Positions 17,392 through 27,116 of a DNA stretch of 50,196 nt are shown piece after piece. Below the pieces are notes generated by a model that saw nothing but the letters and a program-made list of their open reading frames with translations, ran no database searches and had not been told where the DNA came from. The position numbers were made by a program, and so were the translations under genes. Source of the DNA: Blastocatellia bacterium (GTDB lineage Bacteria; Acidobacteriota; Blastocatellia; RBC074); the NCBI GenBank assembly GCA_031423535.1, contig JANPFS010000932.1, positions 1 to 50,196 on the forward strand, written 5' to 3'. How positions within the stretch are numbered: position 1 is the first letter of the stretch; the number at the start of each line of letters is the position of its first letter.

Positions 17392-19575
17392 TTACGGGTT
17401 GGTACTACGTGCTGGTGCATCTTTCCTTTGACTGCTGCGACGACCCAGGCCTGCGGCACGTGCCCGTTGCGGTAGCGTTGGCTCAAGCAAGGTAAGAGGC
17501 AAGAGCACTACTTCTTCGGGGGTAGAAAAGGCAAGCTGATCATCGTTCCAAAGAAAGGCATTGTTGATGTCCCCGATCAGTCGCTCAATCTTGACTACAC
17601 CGGTTTGCTGAAATGTCGTCAGGTCGTGCGCGGAGACCGTGATCCCTCGATCATCTGACGCGAGAAGATAGACACGATTCCGTAAGACATCCGGCACCAC
17701 ACCGCCCGTGTAGCCTGAACCCAATAAACGCACGGGCACGGGTAACGTAAACCTGCCCTTGATGGTGCGCGCTTCGGGATCAAGCATCAGACCCGTTTCG
17801 GTAAAGCAATAACCATTCTCACAGCGTAAGACTCTGGCACTCACACGGAGATTGAGATTCTTATCCACTATCGAAATTCCATCCTGACCCAGAGCCATTT
17901 TGTAGAGCGGGGTATCGTAATCGTTGTAGGCTAAATCGTACCCCACGCCATAGACCGCTGTCCTTGTACTGTCGAATTGCATGCTGGTGATAATACTGGA
18001 AGGGCCGAAAATACTTGAGGCTTGGGATTGCAAAGGCCGCGCGATGCCATTGTCATAGACCGCGACATTGTAGGGGCCGGCTCCTAGCGCTCCCCCGGGC
18101 GTTGCGGCTCTGGCCACAATAACCGCTTCCGGTTGACCGGGGACGGGAAGCAAATCAGCAGCGCGAATCGTTGACTGTCCTGATCCAAACGGGCTCAGGA
18201 TCGGAAAGCGCATCGGAAAACGCAACTCCGGGGTTAAATCCGGTAAGCGCAGTCGCTGAATAGACCAACTATTGTAGAGCGCCACATACAAATACTCTTC
18301 CTGCTCCGAGAGTGTCATCTGCCACGGATCACTCCCGACCCAAATGGGCGTTCCCACTACTCCGGTGAAGGGATCAAGGGGGACAATGCTATTGCCATAA
18401 TCGCCGCCCCACCCTGGCGTGCTGGCATAAATCATCCGATGTTTGAGCGAATAGACAATGGAATTGTTGTCTAGTGGGATGCGACGCATTTGCGCGGAGA
18501 GGGGCTGCGGGATGGGCGATTCATAAACCACTGGACGTAAGAGCGAAAAGGGAAGAAATACAATGCTCAGATTGTGATGATTGGAAGCGGCCAGACCCCA
18601 GTTGCCACATTTGATCAATCGTGTCGGTGTATCGGCCAGCACCGCAAAATCTCGATAATATCCTTTGAGGCGATAGGTTTTAATATCAAATTCCAGCAGG
18701 GCAAAATCGGATCCGCCGCGATAGGGAAAATAGATGCTGCCGCCTTTGACATCTAATGCTATGGAAGAAGAGAAAATTACCTCTGTGGTATAAAACCGCC
18801 CGTTGATGATTTTGTTCGCGACATCAATCGCGCGCCCATTCGAGGTATAGAGCAACCCGTTGGCAAATTCAACCCAGGTATTGAACGCGTAAGTCAGACC
18901 CACGCCGAGGTTTTCAGCAACCGTAATGCCTTGCTCAGTAATCTTGAATTTGTAAAGCTCGAAGGAGTCTGCGTCCGTGTTGTAACCATACAAAACATCG
19001 GGCGGATCACCAAAGGCGAATCGTTTCACTCCATTGTAACTACCGAGTCCCGGCACCACAAACTGCGGGCGCAGCTTGCCATAGTCATAAAGTGCGATTC
19101 CAGCTTGCTGACCATATAGGGTGCAGTAGGTCGTGACGGCGACCGTTTCTGGATGCCCTGGCATGACGCGCAGATAGGAAATCCCTTTGGCACAATCCTC
19201 TCGCCCAATCGTAACGGGAAAGGTCAGATCAACTTGTTCGGTGCGTAAGTTGATCCGTTTCACTTGCGGGCCTTCAAGGCTCACATACAACGACCCGCCA
19301 TCATCCGAGATCGCCAAGTAGCGCGCGCCTGCGCCGACTTCAATCGAGGAGAGAATTTGTCCGTTACTTGGGTTGATAACCTTGACGGTGGTTCCGCTCA
19401 ACTGTCCGCCATCAATAGATTCAGTCGCATAGAGGCGATCCGACGCTTCGGAATACGCCATATCGAAGGCGCTCAAAGGAGTGGAGTAACGCTGTGCTTG
19501 TGCGGTTGGCGCGGCAACAAGTACCAGCCAAAAAAGCATGAAAGATTGCAGCAAATGAGGTAAAGATATTCGCAT
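17392..19575 (-). CDS. Secreted beta-propeller-like repeat protein (727 aa)
   Basis: Signal peptide LFWLVLVAAPTAQA. Long beta-rich repetitive body and a basic low-complexity tail. No catalytic motif seen. Confidence 0.65.
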   Translation of the reverse strand: MRISLPHLLQSFMLFWLVLVAAPTAQAQRYSTPLSAFDMAYSEASDRLYATESIDGGQLSGTTVKVINPSNGQILSSIEVGAGARYLAISDDGGSLYVSLEGPQVKRINLRTEQVDLTFPVTIGREDCAKGISYLRVMPGHPETVAVTTYCTLYGQQAGIALYDYGKLRPQFVVPGLGSYNGVKRFAFGDPPDVLYGYNTDADSFELYKFKITEQGITVAENLGVGLTYAFNTWVEFANGLLYTSNGRAIDVANKIINGRFYTTEVIFSSSIALDVKGGSIYFPYRGGSDFALLEFDIKTYRLKGYYRDFAVLADTPTRLIKCGNWGLAASNHHNLSIVFLPFSLLRPVVYESPIPQPLSAQMRRIPLDNNSIVYSLKHRMIYASTPGWGGDYGNSIVPLDPFTGVVGTPIWVGSDPWQMTLSEQEEYLYVALYNSWSIQRLRLPDLTPELRFPMRFPILSPFGSGQSTIRAADLLPVPGQPEAVIVARAATPGGALGAGPYNVAVYDNGIARPLQSQASSIFGPSSIITSMQFDSTRTAVYGVGYDLAYNDYDTPLYKMALGQDGISIVDKNLNLRVSARVLRCENGYCFTETGLMLDPEARTIKGRFTLPVPVRLLGSGYTGGVVPDVLRNRVYLLASDDRGITVSAHDLTTFQQTGVVKIERLIGDINNAFLWNDDQLAFSTPEEVVLLPLTLLEPTLPQRARAAGLGRRSSQRKDAPARSTNP

Positions 19576-19770
19576 CGTCAGAGTGTCGTTTTAAGGGTTT
19601 CAGAATTGTAAATTGCTCTGTGGTAGCTTTCTGGTCATTCCATTGCACAGAGGCCAAGAGAAAAATAGCCACTGTAGATTCAGGTTTCATTCGATTGCTT
19701 CTCAGTGATAAATGTCAGCCAGATCACTGATGAGACTTGGTAGATATTTTCTAAAAGTTTAATGACTTCC

Positions 19771-20544
19771 CTATTTGCCATGATACTGAATGGTGCGAAT
19801 GGAGAGGGAGACATCGCGGGACTGACCCGTAGCGTCCGAGGTTTCTTTGCGCTCTACCCAATCCCCATGCGCATTGAGTTTGTAGTCCGAGTAGACCGTT
19901 TTGGAAGACAGTTTTCCCTCGCGCCCAAAGCTATGCCATTCAACAGGATTCCGTTGAGTGCCTTCGTAGCGATAAACTCCGCGACTGTACATGGCACCAC
20001 CAGCATCATAGGCTTGCTGCTCTTTCATACGGTGCTGATCGTCCCACTCCCACACAATCCGGTAGAGCAAGTCTCCATTGGAATTGATGATGGACTTTTC
20101 ACGCTTGCGCCCTTGTTCGTCATATTGGAAAACAGCTTTCGGCGGCCCCGTCGCGCGTGGCTTGGCTCCCGGTGGTGGCATGGGTGGTGGCGGTGGCGGC
20201 GGACTCTTGGGATCATGAAACGATTCGGAGCGAATCGTATAGTTCCCCTCAGCATCGTAAGTATACGTGTCGCGATTTTCATCCGTACCGCAGGAATTGG
20301 AGAAGTGCGAGGATTGCAGTTGTCGCCGCTGTTCATCATAGACGGCAGCATGGGTGCGACAGCGCGTGCCGGGCGGAATGTAGTGGCGGGCTTTTTCGAG
20401 CGGCGACCACTCTTTCAGGACGTGCTTCACCGGGCCGACGTAGCCATCAAGCTCCCGATCCGATTTGCGCTTCACACTAGTGATCTGCCCGAAGGCAAGC
20501 GCGCACAAAATTACACTCAGAATCATTTTCATAAGACCTTCCAA
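19771..20544 (-). CDS. Secreted protein with YD-like repeat motifs and a poly-proline tract (257 aa)
   Basis: Signal peptide, the motifs YTYDAEGN, FQYDEQGR and YRYEG, and PPPPPPPMPPPG. The 335-aa plus-strand ORF over the same DNA is low complexity and spans two genes. Confidence 0.65.
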   Translation of the reverse strand: MEGLMKMILSVILCALAFGQITSVKRKSDRELDGYVGPVKHVLKEWSPLEKARHYIPPGTRCRTHAAVYDEQRRQLQSSHFSNSCGTDENRDTYTYDAEGNYTIRSESFHDPKSPPPPPPPMPPPGAKPRATGPPKAVFQYDEQGRKREKSIINSNGDLLYRIVWEWDDQHRMKEQQAYDAGGAMYSRGVYRYEGTQRNPVEWHSFGREGKLSSKTVYSDYKLNAHGDWVERKETSDATGQSRDVSLSIRTIQYHGK

Positions 20545-20559
20545 CTTGAATCATGTTCT

Positions 20560-22494
20560 TCAGCGCACACTGAGGCGCACGGAATTGCTGGTCTTGCCAG
20601 CGGTGATGAGAACCAAGTCGATTTCTCCGCGTCCCTGCAACGAGCGCGGGACGCGAACATTGATCTGATCAAGACCTGCGAAGGTTTGTTGCGAGCCGGC
20701 GTAAAGCACCTCAACCTCGGTACCGCCGATCCACGCTCGCACTTTGTCGAGGCCGGGATGGAGCCGTAGCCCCGTGCCATAAAGTTCGAGAAAGACCTGA
20801 TCGCTTTCCGGCCCCAGTTCAATTGGCTGTGCCACATATTGATTTTGCCCGGCATCCCATTGCCAAGTCGTCCCATTACTCCGCGTGCCATCACTGCGAA
20901 CACGAATGACATTGGCGGCGCCCACACCTTGCCCATTCTGATTGGCGGTGAAGAGACTGGGTCGCAGTGCTACCACTTGAATGGTTCCTGTCTGTTGCCC
21001 CCCTCCACTGTTGCTGATGGTAACGATGGCGGCTCCCGTCGCAGTTCCGGCAGGAATCTGATAGTTCACTTGCAGCGGCGAGACATAGAAGAGTGGCGCA
21101 CGTCGCTCCACACCCGCACTGTCTTTTACTCGGACTGTTGTGCCGCCTAGTTCAGTCGGTAAGGGCAAGGTAGGTGCGGGCTGTGTCGTAGTGGCCAGAT
21201 TGGTTCCGAAAACAGAGACGATGGATTCGGCTGCCACACGTCCGCGCAGATAGGATGCAGCCGAGACCGTGACCGGTTCGTTGCGGTCGGCACAAGTACC
21301 ACGCAAGACCGAGCCGCCGAACCCCGTATTATCAATGGTGACGATGTCGGCTCTGCCGTCCTGATTGAAATCACCGATGACCAATTCAGCCGGATTGCTG
21401 CGGGCTAGGTAATGCGTGGCTTCAGCAAACCGGCCCTTGCCATCCCCTAACAAAATGGAGACTGCCTTGCTGTCATTGTTCGTCAAGGCTAGATCAAGTT
21501 TGCCATCATTGTTGAAATCTGCTGCGGCAATCGCCAATGGTCGGGCGTGACCTTTATACCGTGTCGCCGCGCCGAAATTTCCCAATCCGTCTCCGAGCCG
21601 AACCTCTACATAATCCAACAGGCTATTGCTGCTGAAGCCACCGTTATTGATGGCCGCCAGATCAAGCGTTCCATCGCCATTGAAATCCGCCAATGCGATG
21701 CTACTGACACGCCGCTTTGACAGGATGGTTTTGGGTGTACTCAGTTTTCCTGTCCCATCACTCAGCAGTAAAGAGATTGCGCCCTGATTGGCAACGACGA
21801 CATCCAGCTTGCCATCGCGGTTGATGTCACTCATCACGATGAAGGTTGGTTCGGTGCCAGCCGGATAACTGACCACTGTTCCAAACTGTCCCTTCCCATC
21901 GCCCAAAATGACAGAAACGGTGTTGCCACTGAAATTCGTCCCCAGCAGATCCGGGTTGCCATCGCCATTCAAATCTCCGACTACCAGAAAGCGGCAATCC
22001 GTTCCCAGCGAGAAGCTGCCAGCAAAAGCGAAATTCCCCTGCCCATTCCCCAGAAAGAGATTGGCGGCGGTCGTTAAGACGACGATGTCCGGTTTACCAT
22101 CCCGATTAAAATCCCCCGCCCGCACCTTGCGGGGAAAGGGCAGGTCATATATTAACCGTGTCGAGCCAAATCCCCCCTGTCCATTGCCGGGAATAAACGT
22201 AATGGAGTTTTCCATGATATTGGTCGTCGCCAAATCCAGCTTGCCATCGCCATCAAAATCGGCTGAATCTAACGAGAAGGGAAAAGGATTGGCCGTGCGA
22301 ATCAGGCTGGAATTGTACCCCCCCATTGAGAACGGGAGCATTGGTGCTATCAAACAGCATCGTGCTGATCGTGCCCCCAGCATTGGAACCATTCTGTGTA
22401 ACGACTGCCAAATCATCGCGCCCATTCTCGTCAAAATCCTCGCACACGACCGAAACCGGCGTGAGTCCCACGACGAGATAATTGGGCGCACCAA
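20560..22494 (-). CDS. C-terminal fragment of an FG-GAP/VCBS-repeat protein with a TIGR03437-like (Solibacter C-terminal) domain
   Basis: DFNGDG.LDL repeats, then VNYQIPAGTATGAAIVTISN ... LYGTGLR ... YAGSQQTFAGLDQINVRVP. The first ~57 codons overlap the upstream ORF, and real homology starts at MGGYNSS (ATG 22326). See the frameshift finding. Confidence 0.75.
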   Translation of the reverse strand: MVRPIISSWDSRRFRSCARILTRMGAMIWQSLHRMVPMLGARSARCCLIAPMLPFSMGGYNSSLIRTANPFPFSLDSADFDGDGKLDLATTNIMENSITFIPGNGQGGFGSTRLIYDLPFPRKVRAGDFNRDGKPDIVVLTTAANLFLGNGQGNFAFAGSFSLGTDCRFLVVGDLNGDGNPDLLGTNFSGNTVSVILGDGKGQFGTVVSYPAGTEPTFIVMSDINRDGKLDVVVANQGAISLLLSDGTGKLSTPKTILSKRRVSSIALADFNGDGTLDLAAINNGGFSSNSLLDYVEVRLGDGLGNFGAATRYKGHARPLAIAAADFNNDGKLDLALTNNDSKAVSILLGDGKGRFAEATHYLARSNPAELVIGDFNQDGRADIVTIDNTGFGGSVLRGTCADRNEPVTVSAASYLRGRVAAESIVSVFGTNLATTTQPAPTLPLPTELGGTTVRVKDSAGVERRAPLFYVSPLQVNYQIPAGTATGAAIVTISNSGGGQQTGTIQVVALRPSLFTANQNGQGVGAANVIRVRSDGTRSNGTTWQWDAGQNQYVAQPIELGPESDQVFLELYGTGLRLHPGLDKVRAWIGGTEVEVLYAGSQQTFAGLDQINVRVPRSLQGRGEIDLVLITAGKTSNSVRLSVR

Positions 22495-23632
22495 AAATGC
22501 CTGTGCCGTCTCCTGTCAGAATCGTGACATAGCCCGTCATGACAGATGGCACTGCCAGATCAGGTTTACCGTCCGCATTGAAATCGCCTACGGCCAAGTG
22601 AGTGGGGTTTTCTTTGACAGCATAATTGACGGTCGGCTGAAATTGTCCGCCGCCGTCATTCAATAAAACGGAGACATCGTGCGAGTCGTAGTTACTGGTC
22701 GCCAGGTCGGGCGCACCATCGCGATTGAAGTCTCCGGTAATTACCACTTTGGGGTTGCTTCCCACTGACAAGGTCGCTGAAGCCGCAAAGCTCCCATCCC
22801 CCATGTTTCGCAATATGGTAAGACTGTTTAGCCCTGCCTGTGCGACTGTTACATCCAGCCGCCCATCTCGATTGAAGTCTGCCACCACCAGCGCGGTCGG
22901 TCGCCCTTCGACCACGAAACTTTTCCCTTCGGTAAAATTCCCCTGTCCGTCGCCGCTGAAAAAGTAGAGCGTGAAAACGCTGCGGTTAATGTTGGTGGTT
23001 AGCATTGCCAGGTCGAGTTTCTGATCGCCATTAAAATCTCCGGCTACCAGCGTCTCCGGCATGCCGGTGATCCGAAACTTTTTCAGCGCCCCGAAATTCC
23101 CCTGCCCATTCCCCGGTAGAAAAAAGAGATCGTCATCATAGAACGCATCTATGCCCACCACATCCAGCAGCAGGTCGCTATTAAAATCTCCGACCACAAT
23201 CCGTTTGGTACCATTCTCTTTGGCGAAAGTCGTCCCCACCTGAAACGTGCCGTCGCCTGTCCCTCGCAACACCGTCACGCCACCCCCGTCACCGACAACC
23301 AAATCCGTCCGATAGTCGCCATTGAAATCACCAGCGAGGAGGGTAGCCGAGGCAATGCCGATGGGAGCCATGCTCACTGCTTGAAATCCGCTCCTCGTGC
23401 AAGTCGGTGCCGTGGGCGCTTGCCCCCATGTCACACCAACCAGAAGTAGCATCACAAGCAATTGGTGTATCCCTTGCCCCCAAGCACGGGAAGCGCGTTG
23501 AGTGGTAATTCCCTGAACAGAGCGATCTCCTTCGTTTTCCTCGCACGCACACCGACCAGACAAGGAAGCAGGAAACCAAGCGAATGGACGTGATCGTCTG
23601 AGATGAAGAATCGGTTTGAGCATTGTCACCAT
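22253..23632 (-). CDS. N-terminal fragment of the same FG-GAP/VCBS-repeat protein
   Basis: A signal-like LLVMLLLVGVTWG, then FG-GAP repeats (GDFNGDYRTDLVV, GDFNSDLLLDVV and others). The last ~23 codons after the G7 tract are out-of-frame-looking. The true start is probably near 23452-23500. Confidence 0.75.
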   Translation of the reverse strand: MVTMLKPILHLRRSRPFAWFPASLSGRCACEENEGDRSVQGITTQRASRAWGQGIHQLLVMLLLVGVTWGQAPTAPTCTRSGFQAVSMAPIGIASATLLAGDFNGDYRTDLVVGDGGGVTVLRGTGDGTFQVGTTFAKENGTKRIVVGDFNSDLLLDVVGIDAFYDDDLFFLPGNGQGNFGALKKFRITGMPETLVAGDFNGDQKLDLAMLTTNINRSVFTLYFFSGDGQGNFTEGKSFVVEGRPTALVVADFNRDGRLDVTVAQAGLNSLTILRNMGDGSFAASATLSVGSNPKVVITGDFNRDGAPDLATSNYDSHDVSVLLNDGGGQFQPTVNYAVKENPTHLAVGDFNADGKPDLAVPSVMTGYVTILTGDGTGIFGAPNYLVVGLTPVSVVCEDFDENGRDDLAVVTQNGSNAGGTISTMLFDSTNAPVLNGGVQFQPDSHGQSFSLLVRFSRF

Positions 23633-24145
23633 TTCTTTCGAGGTTGAGGAACGAAGGGATCAGTGCGTCGCTAACGGGAAACTCTTTCTTAAGTGGCGAC
23701 CGGCTGGCAAGCAGTTTGAGGACTTTGCCCATCGCACCAGAAACCCAACGCTGCGTGACGGGTCGCATTATCTCGCGAGTAATCGAATTCGAGCAACAGA
23801 AAATTGCTTCGCCTGTGACCGACCACTCGCAATGCCTCGTACCCATTCTGGAGAGATTAGTCAGCAGGATGTGCCGTGATCGCCAGCCGACGAATTGAGT
23901 TTCCCTGCCTGTTGATGCAGGCACGGGTGATCCGTTCACGGCAACAGGTGATGTCCAAATGGAATTTCTTGCCACAGTTAAAACAGGCAGAGAACATTGA
24001 TGGGGTCTGCAACGATCCAACTACATTCTCATCTGGCGCAGGGAATTGCCGTAGTTCTTTGGGAACAAAACCATCCATCCAGCGATTGAAACAGCGGCTG
24101 ACCAAATGAATAACGCTGAACCTCACAACTCTTAGCGATTCTTCT

Positions 24146-24781
24146 ATGCAAAAATTCTTACGTGGATTTGGTTGTTTGGGCTTATTCCTGAGCGTCTTTG
24201 TGACCTTTGCAGTGACGGAATTATTCTTGATGGCACGCGTTCACAAGCAAGCCCGGAAGGAAGTTCATGGAACCCTACCGAATTCTTTTCCGGTTTTAGT
24301 CCTCGCCGACGAGCGGCCCCGGATTGTTTGGGGCGATAAATTGGAAGAATTCAAAGCGGCTCATCTCGATTATTCGTTCCTGGTGCCGCCTGAAAAGGAA
24401 GCGGAATACCGCCAACAAATCGAAGCTAACGTGCGCGCCCGACAATCACCGCCAAGCTTTGAGTGGGATTCCGAGTTGCCGTGGAGCGCATCGTTCAAGA
24501 TCGAAGGCCACGCGAACGGACGGCAGCAACTGATGGTGGATGCCACTTTTGACGATGACCGCATGAATATCGGATGGTATGAAGCGACGGAAAAAGAAAT
24601 TCTGCCGCGCTATCACACGTTGTATTTCGGCCCCGGTCATGTGCTGGGGACATTTCCGGTGGCGGTTCTGATCACCGCAGCGATTTGGATCGTCGTCAGA
24701 ATCGTCTGGCGAGCGAAATTCGGCGGAAACAATTCGCTGACAAAATTGTCCATAGTTCCGTGTCACAAAGCCGACATGTGA
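24146..24781 (+). CDS. Membrane-anchored hypothetical protein (211 aa)
   Basis: N-terminal and C-terminal hydrophobic helices. No family recognised. Confidence 0.55.
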   Translation: MQKFLRGFGCLGLFLSVFVTFAVTELFLMARVHKQARKEVHGTLPNSFPVLVLADERPRIVWGDKLEEFKAAHLDYSFLVPPEKEAEYRQQIEANVRARQSPPSFEWDSELPWSASFKIEGHANGRQQLMVDATFDDDRMNIGWYEATEKEILPRYHTLYFGPGHVLGTFPVAVLITAAIWIVVRIVWRAKFGGNNSLTKLSIVPCHKADM

Positions 24782-24832
24782 TTACACGTTTGAGACCAAA
24801 GGGAAAACCGCTTCGAGAAAGGCGAATGTTAG

Positions 24833-25345
24833 ATGGAAAGAATTTTCTTCCTCACAATTTTTATCCTACTTGGCGCGTGGGTACAATATGCGGCACCTGT
24901 CACAGACACGCCGAGATGGAAAAATTTCGCTTCCCAATACAAGAATTTCGTGGAGATCAGACCGGTTCTTGTGAACGGTGGGAAAGAAGCCATTTTCCTC
25001 AGCCGCATCTGGCCGCGCGGCTCGGCCCAACTCCAACGCTGGCATGAAAAAACAGGCAAATGGGAAATTGGCGCTTGGGGGATCGGCTGTGGCACAGTTA
25101 GTAACCCAACCTTACCAAGAGAAATTAAACCGGGAATAGAACAAGAAATATCCGTTTACTGGCAACTTTCAATAGATGATTGGGAGCACCCAAAATATTT
25201 TGTAGTGCAAGATACCGATGAAAAACGCCCACTCAAAGGCACGTATAGATTTTTTCTGCGTTACGCAAAGCTGCCTTGGACTGCGATTCATCGCCCCGGA
25301 AAAATTTATCTCGTTGAATCACCAAAATTTGAGGTGACATCGTAA
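24833..25345 (+). CDS. Secreted hypothetical protein (170 aa)
   Basis: Signal peptide MERIFFLTIFILLGAWVQYA. No family recognised. Confidence 0.55.
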   Translation: MERIFFLTIFILLGAWVQYAAPVTDTPRWKNFASQYKNFVEIRPVLVNGGKEAIFLSRIWPRGSAQLQRWHEKTGKWEIGAWGIGCGTVSNPTLPREIKPGIEQEISVYWQLSIDDWEHPKYFVVQDTDEKRPLKGTYRFFLRYAKLPWTAIHRPGKIYLVESPKFEVTS

Positions 25346-25614
25346 ATGGCGCTGGAGCTACAAACGAGGGAGTGTCTATCGCCCTTTTTGTACAAAAGAA
25401 GCAGCAAGTGGCGTTTCGTTGCGCGTGATTTCGGCTTTGGAGCGCATCTCATTGCTCTACGATTTCGCCGCACAAATCAGAGCTTGGCGACCATCCAGCG
25501 TATCCCAAAGGTCATTTTGGAGAATAAGTCTATGGACGCGACAGCCCAATCCAGTCTGGCTACTGGTAAATTGAACTGGCTCGCTTGGCCTACCACACAG
25601 AAAGGGATATTTCT

Positions 25615-26988
25615 ATGACTCCAAAGCACTGGTTTCTTCTCCTAGCGGTTTTCTTTCTGCTGCCTGGCTCGGGGTTCGCCTGTAGCTGCGCAACGGGTGA
25701 TCCACCGTTTGAATACAACCGCGCCAAAGCTATTTTCATTGGCAAGATGCTCGGCGGCACAGAAATCCTGACGCGCAAAAATCAAGACGGCACACCCGTT
25801 TCTATCGAGGCGGGCCGAGTGCGCTTTCGCGTAGATGAAAATTTCAAAGGTAGTTTGGTCGGTGAAGTCACCATCCACGTGGCCAGCATGAAGGGAACGA
25901 GTTGTGGCGATTATGGCCTCAAGCGTGGTGTCCAATATATTGTGTATGGCTATGGCGATGATGAGCAGTCGCTCAACACGGGTGTTTGTACGCGGACAGT
26001 GGAAGTGGCAAGCCAGTACGCGAAAGAAGATTTGGAGTTTCTGCGCCACTTGCCTGCCCCCGGAACAGGTGGGAATTTGCGCGGCAGAATCTGGGCGGAT
26101 TTACGCGCGGGTGGCGCGACACCGCTGCCCAATGTGAAAGTCCATATTCGCAGTGCCGATGGCCAGGATCAGCTTGTGACAACAGATCAAGACGGGACCT
26201 TTGAAGTGAAGAAACTCAAGCCCGGTAAATATAGTGTCGAACCCGAATGGCCGGAATATTTCACGACAGATCGCCCGGTCGCTGAAATCATGATCGAAGA
26301 TCGTGGGACGGCGGGGGTTGGTTTTGAGGCATACCGCAATGGGCGAGTGGAAGGGAAAGTCCAAGACGTAGATGGGCAAGGTTACAATTCTATCTTTCTC
26401 CATTTGGTAGAAAAAGGCGTGGCAAAGGGGCGGTCAACCTACGGTCACTCGGTGGGCGAGGATGGTATGTTTTCTTTCTTCGGCGTGCCACCCGGTGAAT
26501 ATGTGATGTATCTGGAAATGCGTGGGGCGGATTACAAGAAGGATAAAAAATACTTCTATCCCGGCACCTTTCAGCCAACGGAAGCAACGCCGATCAAAGT
26601 CGGGTTGGGCGGTAAGGTTGAAGACCTTCTCTTCACCTTGCCCAAAGCATACAAATTGCGGACGCTCGCAGGACAAGTGCTTTGGGGCGATGGGAAACCG
26701 GCTGCCGAAGTAGAAGTCATGTTGCTCTGTCCCCAGAGTAGTAAACCCGATGGATACGCCATTGAATTCAGCCCAACGACCACGCGGACGGATGAGGATG
26801 GGCGGTTTCAACTGGAAGGCTTCACGGGCGAGGTCTATTGGCTCGAAGCGCGTGCCACCAAAAAGCAGAACGGAAAAGCTGTTGAAGTCCATTCGCCAAC
26901 AATGAAAATTGCCCCCACTGTAAATATGATAAATCTGAAGGTGATCCTCTCGGAGCAGGGATTCTCCAAAGGCTGTGGTAGCAAGTAG
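25615..26988 (+). CDS. Secreted protein with a TIMP/NTR-like N-terminal domain followed by carboxypeptidase-regulatory-like (CarboxypepD_reg) beta-sandwich repeats
   Basis: The signal peptide ends GSGFA and the mature N-terminus reads CSCATGDPPFEYNRAKAIFIGK. Later Cys residues lie in SCGDYG and GVCTRT. Repeats of the form G.V.D..G.P...V.V ... T.DG.F.....PG.Y follow. The TTG-25585 ORF start is less likely than ATG 25615. Confidence 0.7.
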   Translation: MTPKHWFLLLAVFFLLPGSGFACSCATGDPPFEYNRAKAIFIGKMLGGTEILTRKNQDGTPVSIEAGRVRFRVDENFKGSLVGEVTIHVASMKGTSCGDYGLKRGVQYIVYGYGDDEQSLNTGVCTRTVEVASQYAKEDLEFLRHLPAPGTGGNLRGRIWADLRAGGATPLPNVKVHIRSADGQDQLVTTDQDGTFEVKKLKPGKYSVEPEWPEYFTTDRPVAEIMIEDRGTAGVGFEAYRNGRVEGKVQDVDGQGYNSIFLHLVEKGVAKGRSTYGHSVGEDGMFSFFGVPPGEYVMYLEMRGADYKKDKKYFYPGTFQPTEATPIKVGLGGKVEDLLFTLPKAYKLRTLAGQVLWGDGKPAAEVEVMLLCPQSSKPDGYAIEFSPTTTRTDEDGRFQLEGFTGEVYWLEARATKKQNGKAVEVHSPTMKIAPTVNMINLKVILSEQGFSKGCGSK

Positions 26989-27116
26989 CGGTTGGGCGAT
27001 GTCTTATGGATAAAGTGTATCTGGAGTGCGAACCAAATTGGCAAGCAAACACCAGAGATCAGATTCCGGTGATTATTTTACCCTGTCACTTGCTGTGTGC
27101 GAGTTGTTTCGCACGT

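Noticed and set aside
19762-20769. 335-aa plus-strand ORF
   Set aside because: It runs antisense across two minus-strand genes, including their intergenic gap. It is Arg/Trp/Gly-rich and low complexity with no motif. The minus-strand ORFs have signal peptides and recognisable repeats.
21908-22666. 252-aa plus-strand ORF inside the FG-GAP genes
   Set aside because: This is a shadow ORF of a repetitive GC-rich gene. It has Pro/Ser/Lys periodic composition that mirrors the FG-GAP repeats on the other strand.
23590-24110. Possible fourth copy of the dispersed element (GTCTGAGATGAAG at 23596, CCTGCCTGTTGATG at 23904, AAACAGGCAG at 23983) and an 89-aa Cys-rich ORF (23857-24126)
   Set aside because: The short motif matches are not collinear with copies 1 and 2, and the spacing differs by hundreds of nt. 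The CxxC-containing ORF has no recognisable transposase or TnpB motif set. I treat this as an unexplained 5-prime leader of the FG-GAP gene.
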